From Aulosira sp. ZfuVER01 (lineage in GTDB: Bacteria; Cyanobacteriota; Cyanobacteriia; Cyanobacteriales; Nostocaceae), in assembly GCA_034530615.2 (NCBI GenBank), contig JAVRCV020000073.1:32001-96000 (forward strand): a stretch of DNA of 64,000 bases. The letters run 5' to 3'. Positions within the stretch are counted from its first letter, which is position 1; the number at the start of each line of letters is the position of its first letter. Below are positions 1 to 10,282 of the stretch, piece by piece. Under the pieces are notes generated by a model. That model was not told the origin of the DNA, did not search any database, and saw only the letters and a list, made by a program, of their open reading frames with translations. The translations under genes were made by a program, and so were the position numbers.

Positions 1-1
1 C

Positions 2-298
2 GCTTCCCCCTCATCATCTCTCGTGGAAACATTACGAGCAATCAGATCATCTCGTAATGGGACTCCTTCACCAGCAGCAGGCAATAACTCACCTTCTGCG
101 CCGAAAAATTCTACCCCACCAAAATCTGAGAAACAGTCAAACCCTGTAGTCATACCCGCAGTGCCAGTAGAATCTAAAGGTTCTAATCCTCCGGCGGTAG
201 TAGTACCAACCCAAGAGGTAAAACAAAACTCTGGTACAGAGAATCCATCCCAGAAAAGTGAAAAGTTACCAGAACAACCACCAGAACCCAATAATTAG
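2..298 (+). CDS. 3' end of a gene truncated by the window edge; Pro/Ser-rich low-complexity tail
   Basis: Frame is open from position 2 to TAG at 296-298; disordered P/S/E/N-rich sequence. Confidence 0.6.
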   Translation, partial: ASPSSSLVETLRAIRSSRNGTPSPAAGNNSPSAPKNSTPPKSEKQSNPVVIPAVPVESKGSNPPAVVVPTQEVKQNSGTENPSQKSEKLPEQPPEPNN

Positions 299-335
299 CT
301 ATCTGCAACAATATAATCTCCTGCTTCGTTACCAT

Positions 336-510
336 CCCGTCCTGAGCGTAGTCGAAGGGCTAATAGCTAAAGTCTACTGAAGTAGACTAAGTTTTAAACG
401 CAGAGTCACGCAAAGTTAGCGCGGAGGAACGCGGAGAATTTCTAAGCTACATATTTCAGTCTACTTGAGTGGACTTGCGCTATTAGCCCGGAACTTCAGT
501 TCTGGGAGGG
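336..510. repeat. Nested REP/MITE-like palindromic repeat mosaic
   Basis: Imperfect inverted repeat gggctaatagctaaagtctact...agtggacttgcgctattagccc, flanked by short hairpins gtcctgagcgtagtcgaaggg and cccggaacttcagttctggg. Confidence 0.65.
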
Positions 511-704
511 ATTAAGGTCAGCGCCTGATTCGGCTTCGCTTTATGTCTTGGCAGCAAGGAGATAGTTGATAGCAGTTTGTAAAATTAATACGTTGGCGCA
601 GTCTGCTGTAGGCATTATTACACTAATATTTAAACTAACAGAATAGTTAAAGCCACCCTTTCCGATGAGAGGGAAAATCCGATCGCAATCAGGAAGAAAA
701 TCTA

Positions 705-3203
705 GTGGCTAAACAACATTCCAAACAGCCCTCAAAACAAGTCTCTAGCACAGGAAAAGAGCTTACGGAAAACTCTTTTCAGATGCAACTGCAAGAACTG
801 CTGAAGCGGAAAAAATATCGGCAAGCGTTGGAAGAAATCAAAAAAATTCAGCGATCGCATCCTGAGATAGAATTGAGTCCCAAAGAATCAGAGATTTGGT
901 TGTTGCGGGGTCAGCAGGAATTTGAAAAGCAAGATTTTAAACAGGCAGAAAAATCCTTTAGCCGCGCTCTAGAATTGGGTTTGCTAGGAGATGCTCACTA
1001 TTGGCAAGCTAGGTGTCTATTAGAGTTGAATCAATTGGATGCAGCCTTAAAATTGCTCCGTGATGCTTTTGAAGCAGGTACACTCATCAAAGATTACGGC
1101 ATTTGTTATCTCAAACTCCTACTGCTTAAAGGAGATATCGCTACAGTTGAGCAGTTAATCAACAAACAATCTAAACGGTTTAGCGCAGCCCAACTTCACT
1201 GGGTACGCGGAGTGCTTGCTCTGAAAAATGGACAACCAGAAGCTGCTTTGACATCTTTTCAAAAAACTAAGCGCCCCATTACCGCAGGAGATTTACCAAT
1301 TGCTTGGATTGTTTACAGTCAGCAAGTTAGTGGGAATTGGAATGCTGCTGCTAATCTTTTGGGATTGCAGTCAGCTAGATATACTTTCGGCAGACCAAAG
1401 TATTTAGAACATCTAATTTTAGAGAGATTGGCAACTTTCCAACAAGTAAAGACTGGAGAACCACCTCTAGATCCAGGGAATCTAGATCAAGAAGATCCGG
1501 TTGTTCGGGATGCAATATCAGCGTTGGCAATTGTCCAGCTAATTAATAATGGCAATCATCATGATGCTGCCCATGTGTTGCTACGCAGGGAACAGGGTTC
1601 AACTCGTTTCCCCGAACTAGATAGTCTGCGGAAACCGCTTTTAACCCTCGCAGGTCAACAAGCACTTAGCCAAGGACAACCAGAATGTGCAGAGCTTTTC
1701 TGGCAGCCTTTGTTAACAGAAAAACCCTTTAACCCTCAGTTAGCAATCAATTTGTTAGAAGTCTTGGATGCTAATGATTCTGACGAAAAACGCCCAAGTC
1801 TGCTAACTCAGTTGTTGAAGTGGTTAGAACAGGAAGCCAAAAACAAGCCCCAAGAATGGCCTGCGGAGCGATTAAAACCAACCTTAGCGCACCTCCACTG
1901 CTGGATGGCAGATGCTTACATGGCAATCGATCGGGAGCGTGCAGCTTTAGGAGCTATGCAACAAGCCGAACGCATCTGTCCCACATCGCCAGAATTAATC
2001 GGGCGTAAGGGACTATTTGCGGCAATGGAGGAAAATTATACTGAAGCGATCGCACTAATTACCCAAGCTATTGAAGCTGGGTGTCGCTATGAAGAAATTT
2101 ATGCTGCCTTGCTGAGTTGTTGGGAGGAATTAGGCGACAAACAAGCACGTAATGAAGCCCGCCGCCGTTTTGGTAAGCACTTTGGTGACTTCAGTATTGA
2201 TACGGAAGTAGAAGTAGCACCTTGGATTGATGCCCTATCTACCCTGAGTTATTCCTTCTTTAGTCGTTTAGTGCAAGGCAAAGATAAAAAAGATCCAGCC
2301 TTGCGCGCTTGTCAGATATTTGTGAATGCAGTCCAAAGTCCGCCTAATTCCGGCGGTCGAGTTTCGTTAAATCAAAAAGCCGCAGCCGAAGCCTGGGAAA
2401 CTCTCTTGCAAGAATTACCGAGTCAAGAGCAAATTCCAGTATTACAGGCGATCGCTCTTTCAATCCACCTATTTGCCAAACGTGAAAAAGGCATCGCCGC
2501 TTTCACCAGTCAATATCTGCAAAAGTTGTCCCACCTCTCAGGAGAACACCCAGAAGCCAGAGTTGCTCATTTAGTAGTCTTAGCTGTCAAAGAAACTAAT
2601 CCCCAAAAACTAGAGTATCCTTTGATGTTCTATCTTGGCAGCATACCCCAACCTGGAAATGCTTTGGCAAATATTCAACTCCAAGCACGCCGTTTTGGCT
2701 TAATTAAAACCCTCGTACCTGCCTTGGATGAAGCACTCCGTCGCGAACCACAAAACCCTTTACTATTATTAGCTAGAGCTACTACCTACGACATTGATAA
2801 TCCACAATACGAACAATTAAAGCAACAAGGATTTGAATTAGCTCGTCGTCTCCAAGATGCCAAAGCCTTACAAGCATTTCGAGAAGAACAGGCATTTCTC
2901 TCTGCTCAAGAAGCGACTAGCATCATGCCAGACCCAGAGAAATTTGACGATCTCAATATGTCAAATATTGATGATTTATTAGAAGGGATGCTGAAAAAAT
3001 TATTTGGTAACAAAATTCCCAAAGCAGAGTTTGAAAGAATGCTTCCAGAACTCAAGCAAATGATGTTAAACAGTATGCCTGATTTTTCAGATGATGATGA
3101 TGACGAAGATGAAATAGATTTAGACTTTATCTTTAGAGATTTACCTCCTGCTCGTAAGAAACGAAAGGGTAGAACTAGAGGTGGTTTTCAGGATTTGTTT
3201 TAA
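705..3203 (+). CDS. Large tetratricopeptide-repeat (TPR) protein, 832 aa
   Basis: Repeated helical TPR-like units (WLLRGQQEFEKQDFKQAEKSFSRALEL; AHYWQARCLLELNQLDAAL); acidic then basic C-terminus. Confidence 0.85.
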   Translation: MAKQHSKQPSKQVSSTGKELTENSFQMQLQELLKRKKYRQALEEIKKIQRSHPEIELSPKESEIWLLRGQQEFEKQDFKQAEKSFSRALELGLLGDAHYWQARCLLELNQLDAALKLLRDAFEAGTLIKDYGICYLKLLLLKGDIATVEQLINKQSKRFSAAQLHWVRGVLALKNGQPEAALTSFQKTKRPITAGDLPIAWIVYSQQVSGNWNAAANLLGLQSARYTFGRPKYLEHLILERLATFQQVKTGEPPLDPGNLDQEDPVVRDAISALAIVQLINNGNHHDAAHVLLRREQGSTRFPELDSLRKPLLTLAGQQALSQGQPECAELFWQPLLTEKPFNPQLAINLLEVLDANDSDEKRPSLLTQLLKWLEQEAKNKPQEWPAERLKPTLAHLHCWMADAYMAIDRERAALGAMQQAERICPTSPELIGRKGLFAAMEENYTEAIALITQAIEAGCRYEEIYAALLSCWEELGDKQARNEARRRFGKHFGDFSIDTEVEVAPWIDALSTLSYSFFSRLVQGKDKKDPALRACQIFVNAVQSPPNSGGRVSLNQKAAAEAWETLLQELPSQEQIPVLQAIALSIHLFAKREKGIAAFTSQYLQKLSHLSGEHPEARVAHLVVLAVKETNPQKLEYPLMFYLGSIPQPGNALANIQLQARRFGLIKTLVPALDEALRREPQNPLLLLARATTYDIDNPQYEQLKQQGFELARRLQDAKALQAFREEQAFLSAQEATSIMPDPEKFDDLNMSNIDDLLEGMLKKLFGNKIPKAEFERMLPELKQMMLNSMPDFSDDDDDEDEIDLDFIFRDLPPARKKRKGRTRGGFQDLF

Positions 3204-3306
3204 ATAAGGCAGAAGGTGGTTCCAATGAAAAAATTTCATCGTTATGCATGAAAAAGGACAAATGCTCAATGCCCAATGCCCAATGCCCATTGACTCATAA
3301 CTTCTT

Positions 3307-3603
3307 ATGACTTCTCACTACGAACGTTTAGGCATTTCTCCAGAAGCTACGCCCGCCGAAATTAAAGCGGCTTATCATGCAAAGCTGCGTGAATTTCCTG
3401 CTCATAGTCATCCAGAAGAGTTTAAAGCAATTCGCACAGCTTACGAAGCACTGCGCAAAGGAGAGACAACTCAACATGAGGATTTCTTAAAAATTCGTCC
3501 CTTGGAAGCAGAACTGAACCCAGAGGTATTAGAACAGGTGCGAGAAAAAGCGATCGCTCAACTAGAAATTAGCTTAGAAGATTTAATTCGTGCCACATTT
3601 TAA
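3307..3603 (+). CDS. Small J-domain-like (DnaJ N-terminal) protein, lacking canonical HPD
   Basis: HYERLGISPEATPAEIKAAY...FKAIRTAYEAL matches J-domain helices; loop reads FPAHSHPEE. Confidence 0.8.
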   Translation: MTSHYERLGISPEATPAEIKAAYHAKLREFPAHSHPEEFKAIRTAYEALRKGETTQHEDFLKIRPLEAELNPEVLEQVREKAIAQLEISLEDLIRATF

Positions 3604-3649
3604 TTTTTTGGACAATGAGCAATGACAAATAACTAATAACAAATGACAA

Positions 3650-4438
3650 ATGACAAATGACAAAGAAGCTTTATTTGCTAAATTTCTAGATTATTTACAA
3701 TCTGAACAAGCACCACCTGAATATTTAGGAGAAGCACCGGAATCGGCTAATACCTTTGACCCTTATCAAATGGTGGCAGAATGGACTGCCCTACGCCATG
3801 AACTTAAGCAACAGGGTAAATTATTGCGTTCTAGCCAAGACGCTCTCCAGCAAGCATTGGAAGTAACTCGCGCAGATAAAGAACAACTGGAAATACGTCT
3901 AGAAGAAAGTCAAAAACAGGCATTGACCCAATTTGAGCAACAGCAAGAGAAACTACTAAAAGATTTGCTGGGTATTTTGGACGCTTTAGATCGAGCTTGT
4001 AGTTACTGGCAAGAGGAACTAGAAGCACTACCTGCTACCTCAACACCAAAATCGAGTTCACAAAACAGCTTATGGGAAAAGCTCAAAGATTTGTTTACTG
4101 GCAAGGAAATGCAGTCTACGGTATCTCAAGAAACACCAATATCAGAATCATTAAGTGAAATTATCACCAGCAATCAACAAGGAGTGGAGTTAATTAGGCG
4201 ATCGCTCCTAGAGATACTACGACAACGGCGTGTTGTTCCCATTGCAGCTTTGGGAAAACCTTTTGACTCTCAGACAATGTATGCTGTAGGTCGTGAAAAA
4301 AGAACAGATGTTCCAGATAATACTGTTATTCAGGAAGTAGTACGGGGTTATTTATGGGGTGATGCCTCCAGCAACGACGGAGTTGTATACGTGCTTAGAG
4401 AAGCACAGGTAATTGTCGCCACACGAGAAGTGACTTAG
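3650..4438 (+). CDS. grpE: GrpE-family nucleotide exchange factor (atypical paralog)
   Basis: Coiled coil, LLKDLLGILDALDRA, GKPFD...MYAV, VIQEVVRGYLWG...LREAQVIV. Confidence 0.8.
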   Translation: MTNDKEALFAKFLDYLQSEQAPPEYLGEAPESANTFDPYQMVAEWTALRHELKQQGKLLRSSQDALQQALEVTRADKEQLEIRLEESQKQALTQFEQQQEKLLKDLLGILDALDRACSYWQEELEALPATSTPKSSSQNSLWEKLKDLFTGKEMQSTVSQETPISESLSEIITSNQQGVELIRRSLLEILRQRRVVPIAALGKPFDSQTMYAVGREKRTDVPDNTVIQEVVRGYLWGDASSNDGVVYVLREAQVIVATREVT

Positions 4439-4606
4439 AGAAGTAAAACGGCATCAATCAATAACCCATTCCAAATTCATCACGTCAGAACTCAAAGATT
4501 AAATATCTAAATATTTTGAATTAATGCCTTAGGTAGATATTCAATATGCCTACAAATTCTAAACTCATCTTTGGTAGGACACTTATGTAACGACTCACAC
4601 GAATTT

Positions 4607-4640
4607 ATCCCCACATTAATGGTGTGGGGATTTTCTTTTC
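4607..4640 (+). terminator. Rho-independent terminator
   Basis: atccccaca-N7-tgtggggat stem followed by T-rich tract. Confidence 0.7.
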
Positions 4641-5218
4641 TGGTGAGCATTGAGGTATGATGAACTTACCTTTTTAAATTTTATAGTACAAAATAACTAT
4701 CAAAATATTTTTGGCAAATCAGTTTATAAATAAAGTAAGGATTTTCACTAAAACTTAACTAAGTATTAACCAAAAATACCGAATTTATGTTTACAGCAAT
4801 TAGATTAAATTCTAATTTAATAGATTTAAAAAATTTGTGATTGTCGCAAAAGTTTGATCCAAAATATTGATATGTTATGGCGTAACCTAACGCATCCTAC
4901 TAGATTGACACACTTAAAGTGATGCATTACAAAAATCTATTTTATCGGTGGTTCATTTTCTCCTCGCTATTGCACCAAATTAGCTGTGTCAGTCCACTAC
5001 ATATAAATGTCAGTAAAATAAGGTGGATTTACCCGACTTCTTGTAGACACCCAGAGTGTGGCTTTCCGGAGGGTATAAGTCGGGGATCTAGACAGGCATT
5101 TTTGGTTAAGTAAGTGCCGTTCCACCCTACGCGCCATATTAAATCTCTGTAACAAGCCCAAGCACTTACTGCGATCAAAGGCTAAATTGGAAAAAATCAG
5201 CCGAAAAAAGGAATTATA

Positions 5219-5719
5219 ATGAGTTATCAAAGACCTGTTATTCTAATTTCTCAGTCTCAGCAAGCACGGATGCTAAATTGGATTGCCATCGCAGGGATAG
5301 TTGCATTGTTTGGCATTGCCATTCATGCGTGGTTTGCATTACCAGAGACTATACCCATCCACTTTGGATTTGATGGGAAAGCCAACGGCTGGGGGAGTAA
5401 AAATTTCCTCTGGCTATTCCCGATTTTAAGTTTGTTAATTTACGGGATGCTGACAGTACTCAACCGCTATCCTCATACATTTAATTATGCAGTGCAAATT
5501 ACTGAAGAAAATGCACTGCGGCAATATCAAATTGCTTGCTCAATGCTCAATTGGTTGAAAACCGAAATGGTTTGGTTATTTACTTACATTGAGTGGCAAA
5601 TTTTTTACTTAGCAACTACAGAAAACCCTAGCTTAGGAATCTGGTTGCTGCCAGTATGTTTGATTATTGTCTTCGGGACGATCGCATATTGGTTAACTCA
5701 ATCTTTTCTGGCTCGTTAA
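5219..5719 (+). CDS. DUF1648-type membrane protein
   Basis: LPETIPIHFGFDGKANGWGSK motif, four hydrophobic segments. Confidence 0.8.
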   Translation: MSYQRPVILISQSQQARMLNWIAIAGIVALFGIAIHAWFALPETIPIHFGFDGKANGWGSKNFLWLFPILSLLIYGMLTVLNRYPHTFNYAVQITEENALRQYQIACSMLNWLKTEMVWLFTYIEWQIFYLATTENPSLGIWLLPVCLIIVFGTIAYWLTQSFLAR

Positions 5720-5858
5720 TAACTGATTTACTAAACTGAATTTTATTTTTTGCCCGCATCTCATATCAATTCCCGAAAAATCTGATACAGATTCAAACTC
5801 TAAAACCTATGCTGAGTCTCACTTTCTTATATTTTGAATTTTGAATTTTGAATTGGTA

Positions 5859-7088
5859 TCACTCCTTTGTACCTTCACTACTAGCAGTTGTACTATTCAT
5901 TTGTTCTCGCAAAACGGCAATTTGAGAAACCATAATTTCTTCTATCCCAGTAGTTGTCATTGCTCCCATCCAGCGAATCATCGATGATAGAAACAGTTCT
6001 TTGAGATAGGCGAAAGAAAAACCATTTGTCATCGCCACTATTTGAGTGACAGCCTCTGGTGACAAACGCATAGCAGTTTTGAGGCGATCGTTCCACAGTG
6101 TAATGTAAGCTTGTCGTACTGAGTTATCTGGTAGTTCAAAATGATACTTGCGGTCAAACCGACTAGGGCGATCGCGAATTGCTGGATCTAAACGTTCGGG
6201 ATGATTGGTACTTGCAATGGTGACAATTCCTTCATTAGCGGCGAAGCCATCCAGTTCATTGAGAAAGAAAGAACGATTTTCCTCAGTCAATAGAGAATCT
6301 AAATCCTCCAGTACCAAAATACAAGGAGCAGATTGTCTTGCTTGTTTGAATACTTTCCGAATATTTTCACTATCAGTGTCATATTCAGACTGGAAACTTT
6401 TAACATACAAGCATGGCTGTTGCATGTGATTAATTAATGCTTTGACTGTATGGGTTTTACCGTTCCCTGGTGAACCGATAAATAAAATGCCTCTTTTCCA
6501 AGGGACACTATAAGCTGCATACATTTCTTGAGAAGCAAAGAAGTTGGCTAGATCGTTTTTAATATCTTGTTTCAGATTGCCATGCAAAATTAGGTTATCA
6601 AAAGTTGCAGTCTTAATAGATTGAAAAAGATCGGGATTTTTTGCCCAATAACCATCTTCAAAAACTAAAACCTCGTCGCGAATTTCTGAATTCCAGTCAC
6701 AAACAGCAGTAAAAAAGCTTTCTGCCAATTCTTTGTTATCAGCCAAAATCCAGTAATATCTGGTTTTACAATAGCCTTCCTGCCAACTCATTAATAGGAT
6801 ATCAAGTTTCTGTCCTTGCCATTGCACCTCAAATTCAGCATTTTCTGTATGTTTGTATACTTGATTTTCCATCCCATCCCAACCAGTCAAAATCTGGTTG
6901 TGAATTGAGGAATTATATTGAATTTGGCAAAGGTTAGCCTCAGCATACTTCTCTAAATTAAATGTAGAGTCGTTACCTTCTAGGAGTACTTTCTTAGGGT
7001 AAATCGCTGCTAATTCCTGACTAATATGATAAGCGATCGCATTATTGGGCAGGCTAAGTGCTTCTGTAATCAGTTGTTGGATTTTCAT
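5859..7088 (-). CDS. AAA+ ATPase
   Basis: Walker A GSPGNGKT, Walker B LVLEDLD, SRH STNHPERLDPAIRDRPSRFD. Confidence 0.9.
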   Translation of the reverse strand: MKIQQLITEALSLPNNAIAYHISQELAAIYPKKVLLEGNDSTFNLEKYAEANLCQIQYNSSIHNQILTGWDGMENQVYKHTENAEFEVQWQGQKLDILLMSWQEGYCKTRYYWILADNKELAESFFTAVCDWNSEIRDEVLVFEDGYWAKNPDLFQSIKTATFDNLILHGNLKQDIKNDLANFFASQEMYAAYSVPWKRGILFIGSPGNGKTHTVKALINHMQQPCLYVKSFQSEYDTDSENIRKVFKQARQSAPCILVLEDLDSLLTEENRSFFLNELDGFAANEGIVTIASTNHPERLDPAIRDRPSRFDRKYHFELPDNSVRQAYITLWNDRLKTAMRLSPEAVTQIVAMTNGFSFAYLKELFLSSMIRWMGAMTTTGIEEIMVSQIAVLREQMNSTTASSEGTKE

Positions 7089-7187
7089 CCTAATTGAGTG
7101 ACTTTGCTAGTTATGTCATGAGCAACTACACAACATAGGTTATAAATTTCGGATTTGCAAGTAAAAATTTATTTCACTCAACCAGAT

Positions 7188-7268
7188 ATATAGAGCATTC
7201 CTAAATGAGTTACAAACATTTATCCCCCCTTATCCTTTTTGTTTAGATATCAAATAGGATTGCTATAT
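7188..7268. repeat. Degenerate MITE-like element
   Basis: Imperfect terminal inverted repeats atatagagcattcctaaatga / tcaaataggattgctatat. Confidence 0.45.
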
Positions 7269-7303
7269 TTCCATATCCTACAATTAAATTCACCAATGGC
7301 TAT

Positions 7304-8218
7304 CTAATTAATTCCTTCAAGTAATTTGGGAGCTTTTGTGTTAGCACCATATAGCTCGACAAATCTTTTAAACAGCAACATTGTTTGATGATTTGAAGCT
7401 AAATTAACGGTGAACAAACGCTCAATATTTTTCTCATAGAGATTACGCAGATAAGGCAAATCTTCAAATAGAGTTAAACAAGAAGCAAAATGCAATAAGA
7501 TTTGCAGTACTGGTTTAGGCCAATCTAGGTCACTGTAGATTTCTATAAATAGTTGATGTTCCCTTTGATTTAAGGGTAATGCATAAAACATTACAGTTAT
7601 TCTTTTACCATTGTATACCGGGATACTAAGTTCAATGGTATAGGGAGTATGTAAAATTAAATCCACCTCAACAATCGGTTGTCGCCAAATTCTTAAAGCA
7701 TTCAGTGGAGACTCTAACATTGTTTGAAATTTGATGATACCACCGATGGCTGTAGGCTGGAAAGAGCTAATATTAATCACTCGCAAATTATTCAGACTAA
7801 ATTTGTGAATTGTTTCTAAATGTTTTAAATTCAACAAATGATAAATTTGGCACAGATAAGGAAAAGGTAAAATATACTCTTGGCTAATCATGTGCCGCTT
7901 TTTCAACTCAAACTTATTATCTTGAGTGGGACATAGATATCCCTCAATATTATTTACATCATTTTCAGGTCTTAAATACAGCCAACTCAAAAAGAAGAAT
8001 GAGGCTGTAAATAGCTGAAACACTTCCAAGCTAGATAGATAACCATCGGCAAACGCTGCAAAACTTCTATCGGTGATGCCAAAAAGCCAAGATGGAATCC
8101 CAGCCAACCAAATACCATTTTTGAGTTTGCCTATAAAAAGGGCAAGTTCTATTTCTAGAGATTGAGTACCATTTTTAGCAGCTTCATCTCTATCTTTTTG
8201 AATGAGATTCATAGACAT
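7304..8218 (-). CDS. Hypothetical membrane protein with possible Rieske-oxygenase-like catalytic domain
   Basis: 304-aa ORF; N-terminal hydrophobic segments; HLLNLKHLETIH and late LFED motifs. Confidence 0.65.
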   Translation of the reverse strand: MSMNLIQKDRDEAAKNGTQSLEIELALFIGKLKNGIWLAGIPSWLFGITDRSFAAFADGYLSSLEVFQLFTASFFFLSWLYLRPENDVNNIEGYLCPTQDNKFELKKRHMISQEYILPFPYLCQIYHLLNLKHLETIHKFSLNNLRVINISSFQPTAIGGIIKFQTMLESPLNALRIWRQPIVEVDLILHTPYTIELSIPVYNGKRITVMFYALPLNQREHQLFIEIYSDLDWPKPVLQILLHFASCLTLFEDLPYLRNLYEKNIERLFTVNLASNHQTMLLFKRFVELYGANTKAPKLLEGIN

Positions 8219-8699
8219 AGTAATTTATCTTCAGCTATTGCTGAATCTAGGAATTAATATCTGTAATTAAATTGATCCTAGCTATGTCTAAAGCCATCAA
8301 CCTCTACCTTTAGCTGGAAATGCAAATAACTAGACCTGAGAAAAATACTCAAAGCCCTATATATAATTCAAAATAAAAAGTAACTTTAACTACCTTTTCT
8401 ACTTCATTTATTTGTAATAAAGTTAACAATAATAATTAGGTCTATCTCAAAGGATAACGATACATAATTAGACAAAACCATTTTTATCTAAAAATCACAA
8501 AATTATCTGTTGCTTGAGGAGGAGTGCGAAGCAATTAGTAAGTCATTAATCATATATAAATTGACGCTAAGAGAGCGATCGCAATTGGTGTAGAACAGCC
8601 AATACAAGCATTTCCACCTCAGCCTATAGAATTGCTGGCGCTAAGGCTGTATCATTTTTAAATATTTTCATAATTCAGCATTCCCTACAGACGCCAGCA

Positions 8700-9194
8700 A
8701 TGATTATCCGCCATGCGACTGAAGTTGACTTACCTACTATAGTGGCAATTTACAATGCTGCAATTCCTACCCGCATGGCCACGGCTGATTTAGAGTCAGT
8801 GTCTGTGGAAAGCCGCCTAAATTGGTTTCAAGGGCGATCGCCTTCACAAAGACCGCTGTGGGTGGTAGAAGTAGAAGGTGTAGTTGCTGGCTGGCTGAGT
8901 TTCCAATCCTTTTATGGACGACCTGCCTACAGTAAGACTGCCGAAATTAGTATCTACATTGCCCCAAACTTTCAACGATGTGGTTTAGGACGAAAACTCC
9001 TAGCGCAAGCAATTCACCAAAGTCCAAGTTTGGGTATAAAGACTTTAATTAGCTTTATTTTTGCCCATAATCAGCCCAGTTTAAAGCTGTTTGAAACATT
9101 CGGCTTTAAACTTTGGGGACATTTACCCAATATCGCAGAACTTGACGGTATGGAACGTGACTTAGTAATTATGGGACTGCGGGTTGGGGAATGA
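8700..9194 (+). CDS. GNAT N-acetyltransferase (phosphinothricin acetyltransferase/YncA-like)
   Basis: IYNAAI...AT, GRPAY..TAEISIY, QRCGLGRKLL acetyl-CoA motif, NQPSLKLF. Confidence 0.9.
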   Translation: MIIRHATEVDLPTIVAIYNAAIPTRMATADLESVSVESRLNWFQGRSPSQRPLWVVEVEGVVAGWLSFQSFYGRPAYSKTAEISIYIAPNFQRCGLGRKLLAQAIHQSPSLGIKTLISFIFAHNQPSLKLFETFGFKLWGHLPNIAELDGMERDLVIMGLRVGE

Positions 9195-9292
9195 GGCAGC
9201 AGGGAAGCAGTAGGACAAGTAAGAGAAGGGAGACAAGGGAGTGTGGGGAGAAATGCACAGTGCCCAATGACAAATGACCAAAGGAAATAAAT

Positions 9293-10252
9293 ATGTCATG
9301 GATGGAGTTAAGCCTCGACACCACAAATGAGGCGGTTGATTGGGTGTGTACGTTATTAGCTAAAAATAACTTTACTAATAACATTCATATCAAGAAATAT
9401 ACAGTAGCAGAAAGTGATGAAATAAAACCGAACTGGACATTTACTATCAGCTTCTACCTACCTTATGATAGCCATGCAAATATTCGTGGCTCAGAAATTG
9501 CTAAATTGCTCTCACCATTGCAACGCACAGGAATGGCTAGCGATCTCCAGATGGCTTTAGTTGGAGATAAACCAGCAGATGCAGAACTAGCAAGTTCCCT
9601 CATACACCGAATTGGGCAAAAGTTTGTTGTTCTCTCTGCTGATATGCCATATACTGCGCAAGCAGAAGAAATTACCTTAAGACTGAAATCCAGTTTGGCT
9701 TTTGGTAGTGGTTTACATCCTGCAACCATACTCAGCCTGAAACTGCTTGAGCGTCATATTACCCCCGCCATGAATGTTCTTGATTTGGGGTCGGGTTCTG
9801 GTATTTTGAGTGTGGCGATCGCAAAACTTGGAGCAAATGTTTTAGCTTTAGATAATGACACGATTGCTGTGCAAGCAACTCAAGATGCTGTCTCTCTCAA
9901 TGGAGTAGAACAGCAAGTAATAGCAAAAGAAGGTAGTTTAGGATGTGGTAGCGACTTCGGACACTGGCTGGGTGGAGACTCTATTCATAATGTGCCTACA
10001 GTTGAGGCGCAAAATCAATTTGACTTAATCGTTGCAAATATCCCAGCTAGAATACATATTGCCTTAGCTGCTGATTACCAAAAAGCGCTATGTCAAACCA
10101 ATACACATGGCGGACTAGTAATTGCTGCTGGTTTTACTGTCGATGCTGAAGAAGATTTGGCTGTAGCATTCACTGAAGAAGGTTTTGAGTACGTCGATTG
10201 TGAACGCCAAAATGAGTGGGTTGCACTTGCTTATCAGTTGAAAGCAGAGTAA
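9293..10252 (+). CDS. PrmA-like SAM-dependent methyltransferase
   Basis: AFGSGLHPAT, VLDLGSGSGILS, FDLIVANI motifs; divergent, possibly a paralog rather than true prmA. Confidence 0.8.
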   Translation: MSWMELSLDTTNEAVDWVCTLLAKNNFTNNIHIKKYTVAESDEIKPNWTFTISFYLPYDSHANIRGSEIAKLLSPLQRTGMASDLQMALVGDKPADAELASSLIHRIGQKFVVLSADMPYTAQAEEITLRLKSSLAFGSGLHPATILSLKLLERHITPAMNVLDLGSGSGILSVAIAKLGANVLALDNDTIAVQATQDAVSLNGVEQQVIAKEGSLGCGSDFGHWLGGDSIHNVPTVEAQNQFDLIVANIPARIHIALAADYQKALCQTNTHGGLVIAAGFTVDAEEDLAVAFTEEGFEYVDCERQNEWVALAYQLKAE

Positions 10253-10282
10253 TTTCCAGAGTGGGAGAGTGCGATCGCCTAA

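Noticed and set aside
4919..5230. ORFs 4919-5113 and 4997-5230
   Set aside because: Short, no recognisable motifs, overlap a palindromic repeat (cccgactt...aagtcggg)
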